Positions 18,180-27,472 of a stretch of 54,592 bases of DNA are shown piece after piece. A model generated the notes under the pieces. That model did not search any database and was not told the origin of the DNA. It worked only from the letters and a program-made list of their open reading frames with translations. How positions within the stretch are numbered: position 1 is the first letter of the stretch; every line of letters starts with the position of its first letter. This stretch comes from an uncultured Thiobacillus sp. (lineage in GTDB: Bacteria > Pseudomonadota > Gammaproteobacteria > Burkholderiales > Thiobacillaceae). Where the stretch lies: positions 18,558 to 73,149 of the forward strand of contig CAZVBY010000001.1 of assembly GCA_964625895.1 (NCBI GenBank), read 5' to 3'. The position numbers and the translations under genes were made by a program.

Positions 18180-18929
18180 ATGGCTCGACGCAAAACCCGC
18201 CACACGCCTGAGCACGACAAGCACGAACGCTGGATGGTGTCCTACGCCGACTTCATCACCCTGCTGTTTGCCTTTTTTGTTGTCATGTACGGCGTGTCGT
18301 CTCTCAACGAAAACAAGTACCGTCAGGTTTCAGGCTCCATCAGCCGAGCCTTCCTGCAGGATAACGATCAGCAGGCCGAGCCGCAGAAGCAGAGCGCGCC
18401 TCATATCACCATGGAAAACCTTGCACGGCGCAAGATCGCAAAAGAACTTCAGGCCCGCAAGAAGCTTCAGGAAAATCTGCAACAGATCGAGCAGGGGCTC
18501 AACAACACCATGGCCCCGCTGGTGCAAACCGGCAAAGTCGAAATCAAGCGAACCGACAAGGGCATCTATGTTGACATCAACGCCAGCGCCCTGTTCGACA
18601 GCGGCAGCGCCGTGCTGTGGGCCGACGCCAAGCGCATTTTGTGGGGCGTGGCCGACCAGTTGGAACAACAGCCATTCCGCATCACTGTCGAAGGCCACAC
18701 CGACAACCAGCCCATCAATACAAAAGCGTTTTCCTCCAACTGGGATCTTTCCGTCCTGCGCGCCACCAGTGTGCTTCACCTGTTGCGCGACCGCGGCATC
18801 GACGAATCGCGCCTCGTCGCCGTCGGCCATGCCGCCACCCGTCCCGTCGTTGCCAACGACACCGAAGAAAACCGCCAGCGCAACCGCCGCATCGCGTTGA
18901 TGATTGAAATGCCTGTGGAAAAGAACTGA
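18180..18929 (+). CDS. motD: Second stator B subunit (MotD/MotB-like)
   Basis: HERWMVSYADFITLLFAFFVVMY; EGHTD, NWDLS..RA, NRRI. Confidence 0.88.
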   Translation: MARRKTRHTPEHDKHERWMVSYADFITLLFAFFVVMYGVSSLNENKYRQVSGSISRAFLQDNDQQAEPQKQSAPHITMENLARRKIAKELQARKKLQENLQQIEQGLNNTMAPLVQTGKVEIKRTDKGIYVDINASALFDSGSAVLWADAKRILWGVADQLEQQPFRITVEGHTDNQPINTKAFSSNWDLSVLRATSVLHLLRDRGIDESRLVAVGHAATRPVVANDTEENRQRNRRIALMIEMPVEKN

Positions 18930-19014
18930 ATTACAATGAGTAGGAGATGCCCCGCTGGCAATCGATGCAGTGGCGTGGACATCGAATTTTTGAAGTCATT
19001 TTCAGAGAGGAATC

Positions 19015-19566
19015 ATGAAACGTACCGCAGTTGCAGTATCCGTTGCCGTTTTGTTTGTTTTGTCTGGTTGTGAGACAACCAACTCCATTCCGTATAAAGC
19101 TTCCACGGCCAATGTGATTTCCATCCAGCAAACCATGCAGGCGCAAGGGAAAAAAGTCAGCGTGGGTAACATCACCATGGCTCCGGGAATCGAAGAGAGT
19201 CCCCTTTGCCGTTTGCAGGGCCCCGTGAAGGTGGCGCCCGGTAAGTCGCTGTCTCAATACATCAAGGATGCTTTTCAGGAAGAGCTCTTCATGGCTCAGG
19301 TTTACCAGCCCAATGCTCCGGCCGTCATCAATGGCCAGATTGATGCGTTGAGCTTTAGCTCCGTTTCGCCGGCAAGCTGGGATATCAAGATGAGCGTTAA
19401 ATCCAATGTTTCCGATGGCTACAGCGTATCGGTCAAATATCCGTTCGATACCAGCTGGACGGCGTATTCTGCTTGCAAGAATGTTGCGGATGCATTTGGT
19501 CCTGCAGTGCAGGACTTGCTGAAGCAGGTCGTTACACATCCGCAGTTTGGCAAGCTGGTTAACTGA
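19015..19566 (+). CDS. Hypothetical lipoprotein
   Basis: Lipobox LSG-C, GAGG RBS, two further Cys residues, downstream terminator. Confidence 0.85.
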   Translation: MKRTAVAVSVAVLFVLSGCETTNSIPYKASTANVISIQQTMQAQGKKVSVGNITMAPGIEESPLCRLQGPVKVAPGKSLSQYIKDAFQEELFMAQVYQPNAPAVINGQIDALSFSSVSPASWDIKMSVKSNVSDGYSVSVKYPFDTSWTAYSACKNVADAFGPAVQDLLKQVVTHPQFGKLVN

Positions 19567-19596
19567 TAGACGATAAGTCCCGCTTTGGAGTAGACC

Positions 19597-19625
19597 GACC
19601 CGCGCCGTGGCGCGGGTCTTTTTTT
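19597..19625 (+). terminator. Intrinsic terminator
   Basis: GACCCGCGC-cgtg-GCGCGGGTC followed by T7. Confidence 0.88.
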
Positions 19626-19629
19626 GAAC

Positions 19630-20538
19630 TTATCTGGTCGCTGGCGCCGTGGGAGCCGGTTGTGCCGGTACAGTGACATATGGGAACTGCCAGACTTGCG
19701 CCCATGTGTTGGGGTCGAACGGGTTGAAAAGATAGGGTGTTGTTGCAACCGGGGCCGTAACTGCCCCGGCCGGCATGGCGGGCGTCATCGCTTTCGTCCA
19801 GGCGCCGGGGTCAAACGGGTTGAAAAAGTACGGCGTTGCCGTTGCCGGCGCGCCATACGCGGCTGTCGGTAACGGTTGCGCCGGCACGGTCAGGAAGCCT
19901 TTCCACAAGTCGCCGTAGGAAGCGGGGTTCATCATCGCGCCCAACCAGCCCAGGTAGGCATTGGGGTTCATGGGCGTCATCATGGCCTGCATCCAGCGCG
20001 GGTCGAGCGGCGCCATCATCCATTTCAGATATACCGCCGGGTTGAGCGATTGCATCATCAGGCTCCAGACCTTCGGGTCCATCGGCATCATCAGCCATCG
20101 CATCATTTTTGCCGGGTCGGTGAACTGGGTGAGCATGGCCGTGTAGAAATTGGGATCCATCGAGGCCGCCATCCACTTCATATAGAGGTTGGGATCGGTC
20201 ATGAACGGCATCCATGCGCCATACATGCGCGGGTCCATCATGGTGTTGGCCATGTGGCCCCAATAGGCGGGGTCCAGCGATTGCATGCCCAAGGCGGTGT
20301 AAAAGGAGGGTTCGGTCATAGCCGTCATCCAGGGCACGAAGACCTTGGGTTCCTTCATCACCGCCGGGTTGCGGGTGAAATCCCACATCATCTGCGCCCA
20401 GCCTTCTGGCGTGACGGGTGGTGCGGGAAAAGCCTGGGCCGCAGGCGCCGCGGGAACTGTTTGGGCCATGGCAGGCAAGCCCGCGAACGCGAACAGGACC
20501 GCGGCGGCCATCGTGTTGAATTTCGTCGTCAGTTTCAT
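19630..20538 (-). CDS. Secreted Met/Pro/Trp-rich repeat protein, function unknown
   Basis: Signal peptide (AMA-Q), AAGGAG RBS, about 11 units of 12-14 aa each with a [M/T/L][D/N/E]P cap, and a duplicated TPY(F/L)FNPFDPxxW motif. Confidence 0.88.
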   Translation of the reverse strand: MKLTTKFNTMAAAVLFAFAGLPAMAQTVPAAPAAQAFPAPPVTPEGWAQMMWDFTRNPAVMKEPKVFVPWMTAMTEPSFYTALGMQSLDPAYWGHMANTMMDPRMYGAWMPFMTDPNLYMKWMAASMDPNFYTAMLTQFTDPAKMMRWLMMPMDPKVWSLMMQSLNPAVYLKWMMAPLDPRWMQAMMTPMNPNAYLGWLGAMMNPASYGDLWKGFLTVPAQPLPTAAYGAPATATPYFFNPFDPGAWTKAMTPAMPAGAVTAPVATTPYLFNPFDPNTWAQVWQFPYVTVPAQPAPTAPATR

Positions 20539-20670
20539 GGTGTCTCTCCTTAATTGAGAAATATGAAAAATTCTTCTCTTTCTTCATTACTAGACGACGG
20601 TAAAAAATATCCCAAACGCCGATCGCACCGGATCAAAACAATGAATAGGGTTTACGAAGACAGCGCGATT

Positions 20671-20731
20671 TTCTTGACGTGGGTCAAGAATCGGCGATGC
20701 GCGGAGGATCGGTTTTTTTGATCTGGAACAA
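20671..20731. promoter_or_regulatory. Two FNR/Crp-family-like boxes
   Basis: TTCTTGAC-gtgg-GTCAAGAA (20671-20690) and TTGAT-ctgg-AACAA (20718-20731); centres 44 bp apart. Confidence 0.6.
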
Positions 20732-20812
20732 ATCAATGGGGTGAGATGGCAGGCGAATCGAAGCCCGCCTGGCATTTCAAGGAAAAATGCGCCGGATCAA
20801 TCGCTGTGTGGA

Positions 20813-21274
20813 TCAGGCCGAAATGGCGCGGGCCGGCAGGGCATGGCTGGCTTGTCCATCGGGCTTGTAGAGCGTTTGTCCGCCGGCGGAACGACTGAGC
20901 ACGCCGAGTGCTTGTTCCACCGAGTTGAGGCGCATGTGAATGAGTCGGCCGTTGAGTTGATTGAGGTCGCGAGCCATGCGTTCGGTATCGCGGATTTCGC
21001 GCCAGGCGGCGGCAATCTGTGGGTTACGGGCCTGATGGATCAATGCTTCCATGCCGTCAACGTCGTTTGGCTGCTGGTGTTCGACAAGCAGCTTGCCGCG
21101 CGCCTGGATGTGCGGGGCAAGTCGCACCACCAGTTCGCGCTTGCTGGCGGCCAGGCTTGCCAGGTTGTCGATATTTCCCTCGCGCAATTGAACCTGCTCG
21201 GCGATGAGCGTCGAGACCAATGCTTTCCAGGCGGACAATTCCGCGTGAGGATTCCAGGAAGTCAGCGGATTCAT
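20813..21274 (-). CDS. flgN: Flagellar export chaperone FlgN
   Basis: Follows flgM; NQLNGRLI and C-terminal LYKPDG. Confidence 0.88.
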   Translation of the reverse strand: MNPLTSWNPHAELSAWKALVSTLIAEQVQLREGNIDNLASLAASKRELVVRLAPHIQARGKLLVEHQQPNDVDGMEALIHQARNPQIAAAWREIRDTERMARDLNQLNGRLIHMRLNSVEQALGVLSRSAGGQTLYKPDGQASHALPARAISA

Positions 21275-21576
21275 GCCGATTCTCCCTTGGACAGGTTTTG
21301 CAAGGCGGAACTGATGAGGCCGCTGGCAATGCGTTCTGTGTCGATCTGGTACTGGCCGCTAGCCAGTGCCTGCCTGATGGCTTCGACGCGGGCAGCGTTG
21401 ACGGTGCCGGCAGCCAGCCCTTTTTCGATGCCGTCCAGTGTGCCGGAACGGATGACGCGAATATCGCCGCCGGTCTCCCGGGTGTCGGCGCTCGTGCGTG
21501 CAGCGCCAGGCTGGCGAGAAGGGCCGCCATCCGGTGCGATGTTGGATTGCGGCAGGAGAGAAGCGTCGATCTTCAT
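21271..21576 (-). CDS. flgM: Anti-sigma-28 factor FlgM
   Basis: MKI start; RVEAIRQALASGQYQIDTERIA. Confidence 0.92.
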   Translation of the reverse strand: MKIDASLLPQSNIAPDGGPSRQPGAARTSADTRETGGDIRVIRSGTLDGIEKGLAAGTVNAARVEAIRQALASGQYQIDTERIASGLISSALQNLSKGESA

Positions 21577-21600
21577 GTTTTTGGCCTTTCTTATTGATTT

Positions 21601-22302
21601 TCAGTTTGCAACGTCCACCCCGCCGTCAGCACGGGCGATGCCGCTGACGACCTGGCCCGATGCGGTGCGTGCCTGTACCACTTGCCCCGCTGCGGCGTTA
21701 TTGAGCGCGCGCCCTTCCGAGGAAATCCTGAATCCGGACCCGCGCGAGGTCAGCATGACGCCTTGCCCCTGCACCACGGCCGGCGGCGTACGCAACATGC
21801 CGCTGCGGATCGGCGCGCCGGCAACCAGGCCGGTGGTCATGACCTTGCCGATGGCGAGTTCGGGCTGGGTGATGACATCCTGTGCCAGCTTTGCCAGATT
21901 TCCCTGGCGGGGTTCCAGCAAGTCCGCGGTCAGCGTCTGCCCAGGTTTGAGGGGAACTGCGGCCACCAGGTAATTCGTCGTCACGCTGACTGTTGCCCGG
22001 ACATAGACTGTCCAGTTAGCGGGCGCGCGGCAGCGGATGCCGACCGCAACATTGCCGACCCGCTGCGCGCCTTCCGGAATGAATGCCTCGGCGGATTCGC
22101 AGCGGGCCAGCTTGCTTGCCGACTGGGGCGGCTCAGCGTCGATGCGGATGTCACCGACCATGCCAGCCAGTTGTTGCGCCAGATGCGTGGTGGCCAATTG
22201 GCGCAGCCGACCGGCATCCTCTGTTGGTGGCGTGGCGGCCGCACTGGTGGCAATCGCCAGACTCAGCGTGGAGAGCAGGGGGAGCTTCTTCATATTCATC
22301 AT
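21601..22302 (-). CDS. flgA: P-ring chaperone FlgA
   Basis: Signal peptide, two Cys, SAF domain, GRALNNAAAGQVV; divergent from flgB. Start may be 22293, 22299 or 22302. Confidence 0.92.
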   Translation of the reverse strand: MMNMKKLPLLSTLSLAIATSAAATPPTEDAGRLRQLATTHLAQQLAGMVGDIRIDAEPPQSASKLARCESAEAFIPEGAQRVGNVAVGIRCRAPANWTVYVRATVSVTTNYLVAAVPLKPGQTLTADLLEPRQGNLAKLAQDVITQPELAIGKVMTTGLVAGAPIRSGMLRTPPAVVQGQGVMLTSRGSGFRISSEGRALNNAAAGQVVQARTASGQVVSGIARADGGVDVAN

Positions 22303-22351
22303 GACCTCATTAACGCGCAATTCTGTGAGCGGCATGAGGGTGGCCAAGGGC

Positions 22352-22413
22352 GGAATAAAGCGTGGTTTCAGCCCCTTATCGGCCATTTGATTTGACCGGC
22401 GGCAGCCTAGGAT
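22352..22413. promoter_or_regulatory. FlhDC-type site between divergent flgA and flgB
   Basis: GGAATAA-N17-TTATCGG; -10 TAGGAT at 22408 (+) and CAGAAT at 22320-22325 (-), each 26-27 nt from the nearer arm. Confidence 0.7.
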
Positions 22414-22462
22414 GCAATCCATGAACAAGGGCGAAACCACGCCCAGGGACAAGGAGCCACCG

Positions 22463-22870
22463 ATGAGCAATTCACTGGACGATCTGTTTCGCTTTCACCA
22501 GCAGGCGTTGTCCTTGCGCGCGCAGCGGCAGCAGGTGCTGGCGTCCAATATTGCCAATGCCGACACGCCGCATTACAAGGCGCGCGACATCGACTTCAAA
22601 TCGGCGCTCTCTGATGCGTTACAGGGAACGTCGCCTGTTGGCGGCACTTCGCTGTCAGCCAGCGCGCCGGGGCATCTGTCTGGTAATGCAGGCTTGCGCG
22701 CCGAGGCCGCACTGCTCTACCGCACGCCAGTGCAGGATAGCGTGGACGGCAATACGGTGGACATGGATGCGGAGCGCGCGGCGTTTGCCGACAACGCGAT
22801 CCGCTACGAATTCAATCTCACCCGTCTCAACCAGCAAATCAAAGGCATGCTGGCCGCGATCCAGGGCTGA
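22463..22870 (+). CDS. flgB: Basal-body rod protein FlgB
   Basis: LASNIANADTPHYKARD, DGNTVD; AAGGAG RBS. Confidence 0.96.
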   Translation: MSNSLDDLFRFHQQALSLRAQRQQVLASNIANADTPHYKARDIDFKSALSDALQGTSPVGGTSLSASAPGHLSGNAGLRAEAALLYRTPVQDSVDGNTVDMDAERAAFADNAIRYEFNLTRLNQQIKGMLAAIQG

Positions 22871-22892
22871 TTGAGCGAATAAGGGGAATTTC

Positions 22893-23297
22893 ATGAGCAT
22901 GTTCGACATTTTCAAGGTTTCAAGTTCGGCGTTGAATGCGCAGTCGCACCGCCTGAACGCCGTGGCCAGCAATCTTGCCAACGCCGACAGCGCCACCAGT
23001 GCAACGGGCGAGCCCTATCGCGCCAAGCAGGTCGTGTTCAGCGCCGTGCCGGTGGGCGAGATGGGCGCATCCGGCGTGCAGGTCGCAGGCGTCATCGACG
23101 ACCCTTCGCCGATGAAAACGGTTTACGACCCCAAGCATCCGCTGGCTGACGAAAACGGCAATGTCACGCTGCCGAACGTCAACGTGGTCGAGGAAATGGT
23201 GAACATGATTTCCGCCTCGCGTTCCTACCAGTCGAACGTGGAAGTGATGAACACCGCGAAGAGTTTGCTGGCAAAAACCCTGACATTGGGACAATAA
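22893..23297 (+). CDS. flgC: Rod protein FlgC
   Basis: ASNLANA, YDPKHPLAD, PNVNVVEEMVNMISASRSY. Confidence 0.97.
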   Translation: MSMFDIFKVSSSALNAQSHRLNAVASNLANADSATSATGEPYRAKQVVFSAVPVGEMGASGVQVAGVIDDPSPMKTVYDPKHPLADENGNVTLPNVNVVEEMVNMISASRSYQSNVEVMNTAKSLLAKTLTLGQ

Positions 23298-23307
23298 GGA
23301 AAGGCAG

Positions 23308-23976
23308 ATGAATACGGCAATTGATACCACCTCATACAACGCGGCTTCCGCAGCCCGGGGCGCGGCCAAACCGGCCAGCGGCATGGAAGAAACCAAAACC
23401 AGATTCCTGAGCCTGCTGGTCGCGCAAATGCGCAACCAGGACCCGCTCAACCCGCTGGATAACGCGCAGGTCACGTCGCAACTGGCGCAGTTGTCGACCG
23501 TGCAAGGCATCGAAACCATGAACAAGACGCTGCTCGAACTGGCAGATCGTCTGGGAGCCGATCAACTGGCCCAGGCAGCCAGCCTCATTGGTCGAGATGT
23601 GCTGGTGCCAGGAAAAACGCTGCATTTTGACGGCGAGGGAAATAGCCGGTTTGGCGTTGATCTGGATACGCCGGCCGATACGGTGAAAGTTTCGGTATTC
23701 GACGCGGGCGGGCGGCTGGTCAGCGCGATCAATGCCGGCGCGCTCGGCGCTGGCGAACATCTCTTCGCATGGGATGGCATCGGCGACGATGGCAGCAGGG
23801 TCGCAGCCGGTGAATACCGGATCGAGATCAGCGCCACAGGGCAAGGCAAGGCCGTGGCAACCGATGTGCTTGCTGTCGGCCGTGTGCTGGGCGCGGCACG
23901 CGCCGATGGGGGAACTGAATTGAATGTGCAGGGTCCGGGCAAGTCGTCCTATACGGCGGTCCGGCAGGTTCTTTGA
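23308..23976 (+). CDS. flgD: Hook cap FlgD
   Basis: FLSLLVAQMRNQDPLNP, QLAQ, FAWDG. Confidence 0.96.
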   Translation: MNTAIDTTSYNAASAARGAAKPASGMEETKTRFLSLLVAQMRNQDPLNPLDNAQVTSQLAQLSTVQGIETMNKTLLELADRLGADQLAQAASLIGRDVLVPGKTLHFDGEGNSRFGVDLDTPADTVKVSVFDAGGRLVSAINAGALGAGEHLFAWDGIGDDGSRVAAGEYRIEISATGQGKAVATDVLAVGRVLGAARADGGTELNVQGPGKSSYTAVRQVL

Positions 23977-24001
23977 TGCGTGTAAACAAAAGGAGCAGGA
24001 C

Positions 24002-25225
24002 ATGAGCTTTCAGCAAGGCTTGAGCGGACTGAATACCGCCGCAAAAAATCTCGACGTAATCGGCAACAACGTGGCCAACTCTGGCACGGTCGGCTTCAAA
24101 CGGGCGCAGGCGCAGTTTGCTGACGTGTATGCGAACTCGCTCTCCGGAGCGGGCGGCGCGCAGATCGGTATCGGCACCAACATGGCCGCGATCGTGCAAC
24201 AGTTCGCCCAGGGCAACATCTCTGTCACCGACAACCCGCTCGACGTTGCCATCAATGGCGGCGGTTTCTTCCGGTTGAGCAAGGACGGCGCCATCACTTA
24301 CAGCCGCAGCGGCCAGTTTCACCTGGACAAGGACGGCTATCTGGTCAATCCCACGGGTTCGCGCGTCACCGGTTATGCGGCCATGCCGGGCGGCACGTTG
24401 AACACCGGTTCCCCGGTGGACTTGCATATTGCGACCGGCGACATGCCGCCCAGGGTGACATCGCAAGTGGGCGCGCTGCTCAACCTGGATTCGCGCAATA
24501 CGGCGCTGCCCAGCGCGGGGTTCAACCTTTCCAACCCCGCCACCTACCATCATTCGACTTCCGTTTCGGTTTATGACAGCCTGGGCAATCCGCACCTGCT
24601 GTCCACCTATTACATGAAGACCGCGCCGGGAAGCTGGGATGTGTTCGCTTCGCTGGACGGCACGCAGATCGGCGCTGGCCCGGTCGGTGCGATCAATTTC
24701 CTCGGCGACGGCCAGGTCGACACCACCACCACCACGATGCCCTTCACGCTGAATGCGCCGGTTTTGACTGGCGCCATCAGTCCGATGACGTTTACCCTGG
24801 ATTTCACCGGCACCACGCAATATGGCGCCAGTTTCAGCCTGAATGCATTGAGACAGGACGGCTTTGCCTCCGGCCGTCTGAGCGGCTTCAATATCAATCC
24901 GGATGGCGTGGTTCAGGGTCGCTATACCAACGACCAATCGGTGGCGCTGGGGCAAATCGTGCTGGTGAATTTTGCCAATCCGCAAGGTCTGGCTGCGTTG
25001 GGCGATAACGCCTTTGGCCAGTCGTCCACTTCCGGCGAGCCGCTGATCGGCGTGGCCGGCACTGGCAGCCTGGGCGTGCTCCAGTCCTCGGCCACCGAGG
25101 ATTCCAACGTGGATCTGACTGCCGAACTGGTCAATCTGATCACCGCGCAGCGTGTGTACCAGGCCAACGCGCAGACCATCAAGTCGCAGGATCAGGTCAT
25201 GCAGACCCTGGTCAACCTGCGCTGA
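24002..25225 (+). CDS. flgE: Hook protein FlgE
   Basis: GLSGL, IGNNVAN..TVGFK, YDSLG, SNVDLTAELVNLITAQR.YQAN. Confidence 0.97.
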   Translation: MSFQQGLSGLNTAAKNLDVIGNNVANSGTVGFKRAQAQFADVYANSLSGAGGAQIGIGTNMAAIVQQFAQGNISVTDNPLDVAINGGGFFRLSKDGAITYSRSGQFHLDKDGYLVNPTGSRVTGYAAMPGGTLNTGSPVDLHIATGDMPPRVTSQVGALLNLDSRNTALPSAGFNLSNPATYHHSTSVSVYDSLGNPHLLSTYYMKTAPGSWDVFASLDGTQIGAGPVGAINFLGDGQVDTTTTTMPFTLNAPVLTGAISPMTFTLDFTGTTQYGASFSLNALRQDGFASGRLSGFNINPDGVVQGRYTNDQSVALGQIVLVNFANPQGLAALGDNAFGQSSTSGEPLIGVAGTGSLGVLQSSATEDSNVDLTAELVNLITAQRVYQANAQTIKSQDQVMQTLVNLR

Positions 25226-25253
25226 TCCTGATCGTCCTGACTGAGGAGTCTGT

Positions 25254-25985
25254 ATGGACCGGCTGATCTATACCGCCATGACCGGCGCCAAGCATGCGAT
25301 GGAGCAACAGGCGGCGACGGCGCACAACCTGGCCAACATTAACACCACGGGATTCCGCGCGCAGCTCAACAGTTTTCGCGCGGTGCCGGTGGTTGGCGAG
25401 GGGTTGCCGACCCGCGCCTTCGTGGTCGACGCCACGGTGGGCAGTGATTTCCGGCCAGGTGTAATTCAGCAGACCGGACGCGAACTGGATGTGGCGCTGC
25501 AAAGTCAGGGCTGGCTGGTGGTGCAGGCCGCCGATGGCGGAGAAGCCTATACCCGCAACGGCAGTTTGCAGGTCAATGAATCCGGCCTGCTGCAAACTCG
25601 CGAAGGCTTGCCGGTGATGGGGGACGGCGGAGAAATCAGTCTGCCGCCTGGCGGTCAGATTGCCATTGCCAAGGATGGCACCATCTCCATCCGTTCTGGC
25701 GCTGGCGAGATGACGAGCGCAGGCCGCATCAAGCTGGTCAATCCGCCGGAAGACCAGCTCGTGCGCGGCGAGGACGGCCTGTTCCGCCAGAAAGACGGCG
25801 GCGCGGCCGAGGTCGACAACCGCGTCGTGGTGGTCAGCGGGGCGCTGGAATCGAGCAACGTCAATCCCGTCAACGAAATGGTCGACATGATCGCCCAGGC
25901 ACGCCTGTACGACATGCACATGAAATTGCTGCAAAACGCCGAACAGAATGCCGCCAAGGCCGATCAGGCGCTGTCGCTCGGCTAA
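25254..25985 (+). CDS. flgF: Rod protein FlgF
   Basis: MDRLIYTAMTGA, TGRELDVA, YTRNG, LESSNVN. Confidence 0.96.
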   Translation: MDRLIYTAMTGAKHAMEQQAATAHNLANINTTGFRAQLNSFRAVPVVGEGLPTRAFVVDATVGSDFRPGVIQQTGRELDVALQSQGWLVVQAADGGEAYTRNGSLQVNESGLLQTREGLPVMGDGGEISLPPGGQIAIAKDGTISIRSGAGEMTSAGRIKLVNPPEDQLVRGEDGLFRQKDGGAAEVDNRVVVVSGALESSNVNPVNEMVDMIAQARLYDMHMKLLQNAEQNAAKADQALSLG

Positions 25986-26007
25986 TCAGGACTGAAAGGA
26001 AACCGCC

Positions 26008-26790
26008 ATGATTCGCTCGCTGTGGATTGCCAAAACCGGGCTGGATGCCCAGCAGACCCAGATGGACGTTATCTCCAACAATCTGGCCAATGTCTCGACT
26101 ACGGGGTTCAAGCGTGCGCGCGCCGTGTTCGAGGATTTGCTGTATCAGACGCTGCGCCAGCCAGGCGCGCAGTCTTCGCAGCAGTCGCAATTGCCTTCCG
26201 GCCTGCAAATCGGCACGGGCGTCAAGCCGGTGGCGACCGAGCGGGTGTTCACCCAGGGCAACCTCCAGCAGACCGGCAACAACAAGGATGTCGCCATCCA
26301 GGGCAGCGGGTTTTTCCAGATACAGATGCCCGACGGCAGCACGGCCTACACGCGCGATGGCTCCTTCCAGACCGATGCGCAGGGCCAACTGGTGACAGCC
26401 AGCGGTTATGCCGTGCAGCCGGGCATCACCATCCCCGCCGATGCGCTCAGCCTCACGATAGGACGCGATGGCACGGTATCGGTCACGCAGCCGGGCTCGC
26501 CTGCCCCGGTTCAGGTTGGCACGCTGCAACTGGCCACGTTCGTCAACCCGGCCGGGTTGCTCAGCCTGGGTGAAAATCTTTATGCGGAAACCGCCGCCTC
26601 CGGTACGCCCAATGCCGCCACCCCCGGCAGCAATGGCGCGGGTTTGCTGAACCAGGGTTATGTCGAGACTTCCAACGTCAATGTCGTGGAGGAACTGGTC
26701 AACATGATCCAGACCCAGCGCGCCTACGAAATCAACAGCAAATCGATCCAGACCTCGGATCAGATGCTGCAAAAACTGTCGCAATTGTGA
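26008..26790 (+). CDS. flgG: Distal rod protein FlgG
   Basis: [24 protein letters not shown]. Confidence 0.98.
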   Translation: MIRSLWIAKTGLDAQQTQMDVISNNLANVSTTGFKRARAVFEDLLYQTLRQPGAQSSQQSQLPSGLQIGTGVKPVATERVFTQGNLQQTGNNKDVAIQGSGFFQIQMPDGSTAYTRDGSFQTDAQGQLVTASGYAVQPGITIPADALSLTIGRDGTVSVTQPGSPAPVQVGTLQLATFVNPAGLLSLGENLYAETAASGTPNAATPGSNGAGLLNQGYVETSNVNVVEELVNMIQTQRAYEINSKSIQTSDQMLQKLSQL

Positions 26791-27458
26791 TGATGCTCCG
26801 CTACTTGCTCTTGTTGTGTGGTCTTGCTGTTCTGGCAGCAGGGTGCACCACGCCTTCCAGCATTGTTCAATCGCCGACGAGCGCGCGGCCACAGCCGGCT
26901 GCGGCCGTGCCGCCGCCTGCCAATGGCGCGATTTTCAACGCCTCCGCGTATCGCCCGATGTTCGAAGACCGGCGCGCCCGCCGGGTGGGCGACATGCTGA
27001 TTATCGCGATCAACGAAAAAACCAGCGCGGGCAAAACGGCATCCAGCAACCTGTCGAAGAAAAGCTCTGCGGAATCCTCGGTGCCCAGCATCATGAAGTT
27101 GCTGCTCAAACCACTCCAGGGCATCGACGTGCAGGCTTCCTCGGAAAACAAGTCCGAAGACAAGTCCGATATCAAGTCCGGCAATAATTTCACCGGCAGT
27201 CTGGCGGTGACGGTGACGGAAGTCCTGTCAAACGGCTATCTCGTGGTGGCGGGCGAAAAACAGGTCGCGCTGGACAAGGGCATCGAATATGTCCGCTTCT
27301 CGGGCGTGATCAATCCTGACACGATCCAGGCCGGCAACACGGTTTCCTCCGGTCAGGTAGCCGACGCCCGAATCGAATACCGCACCAGCACCAACATCGA
27401 TGCTGCCGAAGTGACGCAATGGCTGGCCCGTTTCTTCCTGAGTGTGCTGCCGCTGTGA
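26790..27458 (+). CDS. flgH: L-ring lipoprotein FlgH
   Basis: Lipobox AAGC; FEDRRARRVGD, ADARIEY, WLARFF. Exact start uncertain (26787-26793). Confidence 0.95.
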   Translation: MMLRYLLLLCGLAVLAAGCTTPSSIVQSPTSARPQPAAAVPPPANGAIFNASAYRPMFEDRRARRVGDMLIIAINEKTSAGKTASSNLSKKSSAESSVPSIMKLLLKPLQGIDVQASSENKSEDKSDIKSGNNFTGSLAVTVTEVLSNGYLVVAGEKQVALDKGIEYVRFSGVINPDTIQAGNTVSSGQVADARIEYRTSTNIDAAEVTQWLARFFLSVLPL

Positions 27459-27472
27459 TGGGAGTAGGAAAC

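Noticed and set aside
21577..21680. Sigma-28 promoter for flgM
   Set aside because: No TAAA-N15-GCCGATAA-like match found by eye, so none is claimed.
20741..21973. 410-aa plus-strand ORF
   Set aside because: Antisense shadow of flgA, flgM and flgN with no recognisable motifs.
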